This document shows positions 12,701 through 20,400 of a stretch of DNA of 64,000 bases, piece by piece. The translations under genes were made by a program, and so were the position numbers. Below the pieces are notes generated by a model, which did no database searches, was not told the origin of the DNA, and was given only the letters and a program-made list of their open reading frames with translations. The stretch is from Azolla caroliniana (lineage: Eukaryota > Plantae > Polypodiophyta): assembly GCA_043228905.1 (NCBI GenBank), contig JBHGNT010000006.1, forward strand, positions 19,964,001-20,028,000, in the 5' to 3' direction. Position 1 is the stretch's first letter; every line of letters starts with the position of its first letter.

Positions 12701-13311
12701 TTGCCGTGTTGCTCCAACATCTCTCGAAACCGTTTTTCTTCTTCTTGTAAGAGGAACCCACCTCCACCGATCCGAAGTTTCTTCCGGGTCTCATCTGTGA
12801 AGGCATGTCCGATATCCACGGACTTCCGAAGTGTCGGATCTCCCGAGACTTCTTTCTTCTTTTGTTCGCTATCGGCGGGTAGTGGTCCCGCGGCCGGTTT
12901 CACCTTCTTCTCCACGGTCTTGTATTTCGTACTTACCATTGCTTCTTCTTTGCGGAGCGCATCCGGCCCCATTTTCGCAACGATCTCGTACATCTCGACC
13001 GATTCCACCGGGACTACCCGGTTCCCTTGGCTTTTATCTTCCGCAAGCTCTTCAAGCCGTTGTAGTGTATTCCCATAGAACACTTCCTCGATCACTCCCA
13101 CGATTTCTTCGTCTTCTTTTATTATTGATGCCGACCGTAACTTATCCTCCACTTGTCGGTATTGTTTCTTCATTCCTCCGGTTACGGCCGTGTACGTAGA
13201 TGCCCCATCCGGGCCGATTCGTACTTGTTTTGCTCCGAGAGTTTTCTTCCTGTGTGGGGTATCAGGGCTTCTCGGACTATCACTTCCCCACTCCGCAACA
13301 GTCCGCTTTAA
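9706..13311 (-). CDS. pol: Gypsy Pol (reverse transcriptase, RNase H, integrase), probably made as a -1 frameshift fusion to Gag-PR
   Basis: 1155-aa ORF from ATG 13173, with the frame open upstream to the slippery site at ~13311. RT motifs DLYSGYDQ, LPQG and FLDD; RNase H VDTS..GIGW; integrase H..WAGH/CEKC, DRG, ERGH and WFGPY. The stop lies 12 nt inside the 3' LTR. Confidence 0.95.
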   Translation of the reverse strand, partial: LKRTVAEWGSDSPRSPDTPHRKKTLGAKQVRIGPDGASTYTAVTGGMKKQYRQVEDKLRSASIIKEDEEIVGVIEEVFYGNTLQRLEELAEDKSQGNRVVPVESVEMYEIVAKMGPDALRKEEAMVSTKYKTVEKKVKPAAGPLPADSEQKKKEVSGDPTLRKSVDIGHAFTDETRKKLRIGGGGFLLQEEEKRFREMLEQHGKAFAFTSREIGCIDPKIVEPMVIFTIDHVPWNLKPIPVPRAHIPKVIDLLKEKVAMGILEPSSAPYSNRWFTVPKKNGSLRFIQDLQPVNKVTIRNSGVGPIVDEFAEAFAGRAIYSIGDLYSGYDQFQLAVESRDITTMRTPIGLVRMCTLPQGATNSVAHMMNAMNKVLRDCIPEITMPFLDDIPMKGCVVEEKDETMDNRGCRKFVVDHIHDCEKVLRKLEDVHLTLSGEKSAFGQEEILVVGHLCGPYGRRPSPTKIDAIQAMKEVCESTSEVRRFLGACAFYHIWIPHYAHIADPLYHLLRKGKKFEWKPEHTKAMRKLKKTLWRAESLKKPSYEWPIIVTVDTSPTGIGWVINQADSDGSRYPIRFGAKVLNERQRGYAQVKRELWGVVSAIKSDRDYLIGAEVVIETDCLPILGMMRCCTIPDVAMLRWIAYVKSLNPEVRHISGKDNAVADMLSRARFEDDITESDNEEVSEDYFTSEHICRVNVIREFREEEYEGETLMIGKMLQEVEDSTNDKERRAEIRRKKRQVQKFFLENGLIWRTPKRPDGIPLRVVGTKEQRNRIMSEFHESDWAGHRGTWATFVKIKQRYWWKNMYKDVAEFTESCEKCQVYSGVRHRDELHPTFSPTINFKWMVDIVAMPTGIGQKKYLVLAREDLTNQVEGRALRRKTCATVCQFLLEEVFCRYGCVGQVIADRGELDSDKARGFFAKHGVRLTLTTAYNPEANGKIERGHSPIVKALAKACDGRVKDWPQMLPYALWADRTTHSSVTGYMPAELMTGQAPVMPTETAIATWTILPWKEEMSREELLAVRIRQLEGRPKDVAEASRRQQEARFRNKSRFDTKHRLRPRRIEEGDWVIVYDSSLDHQHTTMRKFAKRWFGPYEVRKVFDNGTYRLSELDGTILRVPIAGKRVKIFKKRTDDKPYVIQVEADNEEQSDEDHNDAGSEESGLQLIVDIRGESEEASDEDGYEESRTSAHTGGCAGLEGASVVV

Positions 13312-13317
13312 AAATCC
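13254..13317 (-). promoter_or_regulatory. Putative -1 programmed ribosomal frameshift signal (G GAU UUU heptamer plus H-type pseudoknot)
   Basis: The heptamer sits immediately before the gag stop and pol is in the -1 frame. Stem CGGACTGTTGC/GTGATAGTCCG starts 5 nt downstream, and loop GTGGGG is complementary to the downstream CCCCAC. Conserved at 4829-4891. Confidence 0.8.
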
Positions 13318-15347
13318 ATTCTCACTTGGGACAAGAGTTCCCTCTTGTTCCTTTCGTGATTTGCCGGCACCGTTAGGAATTGGACAGATTTCCCTCCGTT
13401 TTGGCTCTGAATTCGCGCAAAAGCCGCACCACTATCGAGCACCTTCGTCTCCATCCGTGAAGCCGTGATAAAGGGTTGGCCGAGGATGACAGAATGTGAA
13501 ACCTCATCCTGCACAAAGAAATTTTGGTCAATTTCGACATCCCCAATCTTTACCGTCACATCCGGACAAGCCGCAAATAGGTCTTCTGTCGTTTTCGTGG
13601 CTGCCCGAATCTTCCATCCATGGTTGGTGTTTATAGGCCACTTCCCCTTTCGGTAGAACTCCTTGGACATCAAGTTGATCTCCGATCCGTGATCAATCAA
13701 TGCTAGCACGGGTTCTTTGATGTTGCCGATTCGGACCGGAGTCTCCGTAGTCGCACGTGCCCAGTGTGGCCTTGTATAGTGGGAGTTCGGAATTTCGCCT
13801 TCCACTTCGGTGTCGTTCATTGAAACGGTATTTGCATTCACCCTTGGAGCATTTTCCTCCGTACTTTGTCTCTTCCTTTTCACGAGATCCACGAGAAGAT
13901 CGTGAAACTCCTTCTTCGCTATTCCGAGTAGTTCCCGCAGCGAAAAATCTACCCGGCTATCCAAGATTCTTTCCTCGAACACTCTTTTCAAGTCGGTTTG
14001 TTGTTCTATGTCCGAGGCGAGCTTGAATGCCGGAGTCGCCTTTTCTTTTCCCTTACCTCCGGAGTTCCAGCTTTCCGGTATCTTCGATGGTCCGGCCGCA
14101 TCCTCCGTGCGCCGTCGTTTCTCGTCCACATACACCTCATGTAATTGACACAGGGCGTATATGCTATTCTTGTCGACAGGGCACTCCCATCCCGTAGCTT
14201 CCCGGACGCCTTCCGCGGTGTTTCGGATATCGTTGGAGTCGGTTTTCTCGGTGTTTCCTAGCACCTCCGGCCAGAAAGACGCCTTCGCTCCCGATGACTC
14301 CCCGACACATATTCCCGCGGTTGTCGCATAGTCGCTTCTTGCCGCTAACTCCTCCTCGAGCACCTTCTTCATGCCGCCTTTCCGGAAGTTTGGTCGGAGT
14401 GGCTTCCGAGAGTCCATCGAATGAATCCGGTTTCCCTCGTAGTAGATGAGATCCCGTCGTAGCGCCTCCTTATGGTCGTCGCAATCCCTCCGATCGTGTT
14501 CGGCGCTATCGCACCATATGCACCGTCGATCCGTATATTTGGAGCTTGTGGGGCGGTCGTCCGACTTCTTCACCATCGCGATCTTTAGATTCTCCATCTC
14601 CTTCAGCAGCTGCTCCACCGTAGACGCGTCGACTCCCTTCTCGGCCGTAATCTCCCGAGCCCTCGGTTGATGGTCTTCCAGTCCCGTTCTCGGTTTCGGA
14701 ATCGGTTCCGAAACCCTCTTTTCTTCGTTGTCAAGCCATTGCCCCCTCTTCGTGTACCGCGCGACGATATCCCGCACGCTTTCCCATGTTTCGGTGAGGC
14801 CGCTTTCGGTGGTCGTGTCCTCAAGAAGCACTCCGAGATCTTTCCGGTCCCGGACGTCCACAGCTCGCAAAAACATGATGACTTTGTCCGGCGCAAGAAT
14901 AGTTTGATCTCTCGCGGACAACCTCCCGAACCGACTTTCGAATGCCGAAAACACTTCGAGGACCTTCAGCCCCTTACCTGACGTTTCCACCCAATCCTCG
15001 AATCCCCTCCGCGTTGCCTTGGAGGAGTCCTCGATGGCAAACGTGGTCTTTAACGCCTCCTCGAATGCTTCCCACGTCGGATTTTGTTGTTGCAACCCGT
15101 GGATACTCCCTTGAAGCCCGTCGGTCGCCACCCGGTTAAAGGATGTCACTTGTAGTCCCTCCGAAGCCCGGCACCGGAGCATCTCCGCCTTGTAGTCCTG
15201 CAAATATCGTGACACATCCTTACCATTAAATTGCCCGTTGCGTTGCACGAGCCGCTCTACTGATGCCGAAATCTCCGACATCGTGCGTTGTTCTTGAAGC
15301 ATCCGTTCGAACATCGCCATCATATTGTTAGCTTGTTGAGCCTCCAT
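13308..15347 (-). CDS. gag: Gypsy Gag-protease polyprotein
   Basis: Open frame from the first ATG after the PBS (15347). CCHC knuckle CIWCDSAEHDRRDC; aspartic-protease fold motifs LIDHGSEINLM and VILGQPF. Ends MDF-stop. Confidence 0.93.
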   Translation of the reverse strand: MEAQQANNMMAMFERMLQEQRTMSEISASVERLVQRNGQFNGKDVSRYLQDYKAEMLRCRASEGLQVTSFNRVATDGLQGSIHGLQQQNPTWEAFEEALKTTFAIEDSSKATRRGFEDWVETSGKGLKVLEVFSAFESRFGRLSARDQTILAPDKVIMFLRAVDVRDRKDLGVLLEDTTTESGLTETWESVRDIVARYTKRGQWLDNEEKRVSEPIPKPRTGLEDHQPRAREITAEKGVDASTVEQLLKEMENLKIAMVKKSDDRPTSSKYTDRRCIWCDSAEHDRRDCDDHKEALRRDLIYYEGNRIHSMDSRKPLRPNFRKGGMKKVLEEELAARSDYATTAGICVGESSGAKASFWPEVLGNTEKTDSNDIRNTAEGVREATGWECPVDKNSIYALCQLHEVYVDEKRRRTEDAAGPSKIPESWNSGGKGKEKATPAFKLASDIEQQTDLKRVFEERILDSRVDFSLRELLGIAKKEFHDLLVDLVKRKRQSTEENAPRVNANTVSMNDTEVEGEIPNSHYTRPHWARATTETPVRIGNIKEPVLALIDHGSEINLMSKEFYRKGKWPINTNHGWKIRAATKTTEDLFAACPDVTVKIGDVEIDQNFFVQDEVSHSVILGQPFITASRMETKVLDSGAAFARIQSQNGGKSVQFLTVPANHERNKRELLSQVRMDF

Positions 15348-15364
15348 CTCCTTGCCACCCGTCT

Positions 15365-15381
15365 TCACGTCGGGTTCACCA
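15365..15381 (-). promoter_or_regulatory. Primer binding site complementary to the tRNA-Trp 3' end
   Basis: TGGTGAACCCGACGTGA is the complement of ...UCACGUCGGGUUCACCA of plant cytosolic tRNA-Trp (recalled, not searched). Confidence 0.85.
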
Positions 15382-15385
15382 ACTG

Positions 15386-16210
15386 TGTCGTGCCTTTCGG
15401 CTCCGGATCGTTGCGTGAGTCGGGTGGGAACCACAGAGGTCTTGGACTAGGAGAAAGAAGTTCGTGAGATAGAGATTAATTATGAGTAAATAGCAAAGAG
15501 AAAGATAAGAAACTCGTGAATCACACGAGTATACTATATTAATTGGTACTTAGGGTGTTAAGAGAGAAGTAGACGTATAAATCGTGAATCCCACGAATAA
15601 TTTTTGTATTGATTAATTCTTAATCCAAATAATCAACAACCCTTTACATATTTCTCTCCTCCTTATATAAGGAAGGAAGAGCTAAGCATGGCTTCATGCT
15701 TTTTTTTTTACAAAAAGTGTTCATGTCCACTAAATGTGCACGTGATGCTTTTTTATTTCCTAAGTATAGGGCTCATGCACGCTAGATGTGCATGAGTTAT
15801 TTTTAGTGTCTCGTCTTTTTCATATATTAAAAATACACGATTTACCTTTTAATAAAGGTATGCATAAATAAAGGTCTTATACGTATTAAATCTATATTTA
15901 AAACACTTAAGATAAGTTAATGTAATGGTAAGGTTGGGGTTTGTCAACGTGGAGGTGCAGAGTTCGAATCACGCCCTGCGCAGTAGTGAGTATTTCCTTT
16001 CTTTTTACATTTATGTCTCTTTATCCGTTTTCCTCCTTGCCGGTATGCCGTTTTCTTCCTTGCCGGTATGCCGTTTTCCTCCTTGCCGGTATGTCGTTTT
16101 CTTCCTTGCCGGTATGCCGTTTTTCCTCCCGGTTCTCACCGAGCACTCCATTCTCTATCCGGAGGGACAAAAATATAATTTCCACATAGTGTGCAACCTA
16201 CACTACGACA
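15386..16210 (-). repeat. 5' LTR of the intact Gypsy (825 bp; four 23-bp repeats)
   Basis: Direct repeat of 8871-9718; adjacent to the PBS. Confidence 0.96.
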
Positions 16211-16630
16211 GCGCCGTCGGCTCCGTCGCCGCCAACTCGTCGGTCACCTCGTTGCTCGCCGGCGTCGTCGGCTCCGTTGTTGGTTGCCGCCGCCAACTCG
16301 CCGGTCACCTCGTCCAAATGACCTAATCATCCATAAAGTTTAGCCCGTGCGCAATCCGTACGTGCGTCGCAACCAAACCGTAGTTTGCACAAGCTTTAGC
16401 GAGAAAGTATTTAAGATAGATTGAAAGAGAGAGAGATTGAGATAAGATAAAACGCTTAATTGGATAACGAATGTGATGCATGTTTGCCATTTGGTGCTCA
16501 TGCATCACATGTCACATGTTTGCCATTCTCGCCGGCGCCGTCGGCTCCGTCGCCGCCAACTCGTCGGTCACCTCGTTGCTCGCCGGCGTCGTCGGCTCCG
16601 TTGTTGGTTGCCGCCGCCAACTCGCCGGTC
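16211..16630. repeat. 324-bp tandem repeat, right part (end of unit 4 and unit 5 from 16314)
   Basis: The array resumes in register after the TSD. Confidence 0.93.
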
Positions 16631-17095
16631 ATCTCGTTGCTCGTCGATGCCGTCGGCTCCATCCGGCTCTGTCGCCAACTCACCGATCACCGATCACCTC
16701 CGTCGCCGGTTGCCGCTGCTAACACCCACTCATCTAATTAACTTAGTTCTAGTCACCTTGAACTCTCAATGCTCCATACATAGATACAAAGATAATAGTT
16801 TTTGCTCTGCCTTATATATGGTGAGATCCTTATTTGTCCTGTCTATGTGGGATATCTCACAGTTTTATCTTTCTCTTTTCCCTTACAAACTTTCTACCCA
16901 CATAACTTGAGACTTAGATGTTGATTTCTTATGTAGTAAAGTGTATTCGAAAGCTATTGAAGACCTCTATCATTTTGTACTAGGATATTAAACTTATTTA
17001 AAATAATATTTTCACTATTATTGTTTTATATTATTCATACTCGATTTCGTATGTTTTATGCGATTTTCACACCATTGCCAAAAATCTTCACGATA

Positions 17096-17462
17096 GCGTC
17101 CCGATCGGGCCGTACGCCATGACCCAAAATCATTTGAGCCATTAATCCACACAATTTAGCCCAAGTCACCTTGAACATTCTATGCCTCACACATTGATAT
17201 AATGAATAGGTTTTGGCTTTCTATATATATTGGGGAATCCAATGTTATCCTATCTATGTGGGATATCTCACAATTTTGCTTTTTTTCCTTTTCTCTTCAA
17301 ACTTCTCACTCACATAACTTGATGCTTGTTTATCCATTTCATGCGTAGTAAAATACGTTATGAAACCCTTGAAGACATCTATCTTTTCATATCAATACAT
17401 TAAGGTAATCTTAAATAATTATTTTACTAGTTTTCATATCGTGTGTGAAAAACTACACGACA
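17096..17462 (-). repeat. Inverted partial copy of LTR-B (U3 end)
   Basis: Reverse complement of ~1658-2022, ending ...GTGTGTGAAAAACTACACGACA. Confidence 0.9.
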
Positions 17463-17466
17463 AGGG

Positions 17467-20400
17467 GAAGGATGTGTCGAGATATTTGCGGGATTACAAC
17501 GTGGAAATGCTACGTTGTGGAATATCGGAAGGATTGCAGGTGACATTCTTCAGTCGGGTGTGTACGACCGGGCTTCAAGGGAGTATCCATGTGATACGAC
17601 AACAAAATCCGACGTGGGAAACATTGGAAGAAGCGCTAAAGACCACGTTTGTCATCGAGGACTCCTCCAAGGGAACGCGGAGGGGATTCGAAGATTGGGT
17701 GGAAACGCCAGACAAGGGGCTGAAGGTCCTTGATGTGTTTTCGGCATTCGAAAGTCGATTTGTCGATTTGGGAGGTTGTCCGCAAGAGATCATGTTATAC
17801 TCGCACTGGACAAAGTGAAGGGTTTCGGAACCAATTCCGAAACCAAGATCCGGATTGGAAGACCATCAACCGTGGGCTCGGGAGACTACGACTGAGAAGG
17901 GAATCGATGCAACCACGGTGGAGCAATTGCTGAAAGAGATGGAGAATCTGAAAATCGCGATGGTGAAGAAGTCAGATGACCATCCCACAAGTGCCAAGTA
18001 TATGGACCGTCGATGCAGATGGTGCGATAACACCAAACATGATCGGAGGGATTGCGACGAGCACAAGGAGGCGCTATGACGGGATCTTATCTACTACGAG
18101 GGAAATTGGATTCATTCGATGGACTCTCGAAAGCCACTCCGACCGAACTTCTAAAAAGGTGGCATGAAGTTCCTAGAGGAGGAAATAACGGTGAAAAGCA
18201 ATTAGGCGACAATCGCGGGGATATGTGTGGGTGAGTCATCTGGAGCAAAGGCGTCTTTTTGGCCGGAAGTGCTAGAAAACCCCGAGAAAACTTACTCTAA
18301 TGAGATCCGAAGCACAACGGAAGGCATCCGAGAAGCTACGGGATGGGAGTGCCCCATTGATAAGAATAGCGTGTATGCCCTATGTCAATTAGATTAGGTG
18401 TATGTAGATGAGAAACGACAGTGCACGGATGATGCGGTCGGACCATCAAAGACGCCGGAGAGCTGGAACTCCGAAGGGAAGGGGAAAGGAAAACTAATTC
18501 CGGCATTCAAACTCGCTTCAGACATCGAGCAACGAACGAAATTAAAAAAGGTGTTCGAGGAGAGAATCCTCGATAGTCGGGTAGATTTTTCGCTTTAGGA
18601 ATTACTCTAAATAGCAAAGAAGGAGGTCCACGATCTTCTTGTGGATCTCGTGAAGAGAAAAAGACAAAATACGGAGGAAAATGCTCCAAGCGTGAATGCA
18701 AATACCGTTCTAATGATTGACACTGAAGTGGAGGATGAAATTTCGAACTCCCACTACACAAGGCCACGTTGGGCATGCGCAACTACGGAGACTCTGGTTC
18801 GAATCGTAAACATCAAGGAGCCCGTACTAGCATTGATTGATCACGGATCAGAGATCAATTTGATGTCCAAGGAGTTCTACCGAAAGGGGAAGTGGCCTAT
18901 TAACACTAATCATGGATGGTAGATCCGGGCAGCCACTAAAACAACGGAAGATTTATTTGCGGCTTGTCCGGATGTGACGGTGAAGATCGAAGATGTGGAG
19001 ATTTACCAAAATTTCTTCGTGCAAGATAAGGTCTCACACTCCCTGATTCTCGGACAACCCTTTATCACAGCTTCACGGATGGAGACAAAGGTGCTATCAC
19101 GGCTTCACTGATGGACAAATTCGGAGCCAAAGCGGAGGGAAAACCATCCAATTCCTAACCGTGCCATCAAATCACGAAAGGCACAAGAGAGAGCTTTTGT
19201 CCCAAACAAAAATGAATTTTTAAAGCGGATTGTTATGGAGTGGGGAAGTAATAGGCTGAAAGGCCCTGATACCCCACACAGGAAGAAAACTCTCGGAGCA
19301 AAACAAGTACGAATCGGTTCGGATGGGGCATCTACGTACACAGCCGTAACTGGAGTAATGAAGAAAGAATTCCAAAAGGTGCAAGATGAGTTACAGTCTG
19401 CATCAATAATAAAAGAAGACGAAGAAATCGTGGGAGTAGTCGTAGAAGTGTTCTATGGGAGCATGCTAAAATGGCTTGAAGAGCTTGCAGAAGAGAATAA
19501 CCAAGGAGACCAGTTAGTTCCGGTGGAATTGGTCGAGATGTATGAGATCATTGCGAAAATGGGGCCGGATGCACTCCACAAAGAAGAAGCAATGGTATGT
19601 ACGAAATATAAGACCGTGGAAAAGAAGGTGAAACCGGTCGCGGGACCGCTACCCATCGATAGCAAACAAAAGATGAAAGAAGTCTTGGGAGATCCGACAC
19701 TTTGGAAGTCCGTGGATATCAGACATGCCTTCACGGATGAGACTCGGAAGAAACTTCGGATCGGTGGAGGTGCTTTCCTCTCACAAAATGAAGAAGAACG
19801 GTTTCGTGAGATGTTGGAGCAGCATGGAATAACATTTGCATTCACATTGAAAGAGATAGGGTGTGATGACCCGAAGATAGTGGAGCCGATGGTGATCTTC
19901 ACGATTGATCATGTGTCGTGGAACCTGAAGCCGATTCCGGTGCCACGAACGCATATTCCAAAAATCATTGACTTGCACAAGGAGAAGGTGGCGATGGGGA
20001 TTCTAGAGCCATCCAACGCTCCGTACTCAAATCGATGGTTTACGGTTTCGAGGAAGAATGGGTCACTTCGATTTATTCAAGATTTACAACCGGTGAACAA
20101 GGTCATGATCAGGAACTCCGAAGTCGGTCCGATAGTGGACGAATTTGCGGAAGCGTTTGCCGATCGCGCGATATACTCCATCGGAGACCTATACTTCGGG
20201 TATGACCAATTCCAACTAGTCATGGAGAGCCGAGACATCATTACCATGCGAACACCAATAGGATTAGTCCGGATGTGCACGCTACCACAAGGCGCGACGA
20301 ACTCGGTCGCACATATGATGAATGCGATGAACAAGGTGCTCCGGGACTGGATTCCGGAGATAACGATGTTGTTCCTAGATGACATTCCGATAAAAGGATG

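Larger units (their letters stand above)
8871..16210 (-). mobile_element. Intact, young Ty3/Gypsy LTR retrotransposon (tRNA-Trp PBS, 4-bp TSD GCGC, no chromodomain; Phygy-like by inference)
   Basis: LTRs 15386-16210 (5') and 8871-9718 (3') look identical except for one 23-bp repeat unit. TSD GCGC at 8867-8870 and 16211-16214. PBS 15365-15381, PPT 9719-9730, and two uninterrupted ORFs. Confidence 0.97.
7422..17095 (-). mobile_element. Partial inverted Gypsy LTR (variant C) carrying a 324-bp tandem array, interrupted by the intact element
   Basis: 7432-7740 is the reverse complement of LTR-B 2095-2296. 16750-17095 resembles the U3 part of LTR-B in reverse and ends in ...CTTCACGATA (equivalent to CACGACA). 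Confidence 0.7.

Noticed and set aside
9978-15139. Plus-strand ORFs antisense to the intact gag and pol
   Set aside because: Shadow ORFs expected from GC-rich coding sequence; none is long or has recognisable motifs.
15348-15434. N-terminal extension of Gag from the non-ATG start at 15434
   Set aside because: It starts inside the LTR at a non-ATG codon and runs through the PBS. ATG 15347 is the more plausible start.
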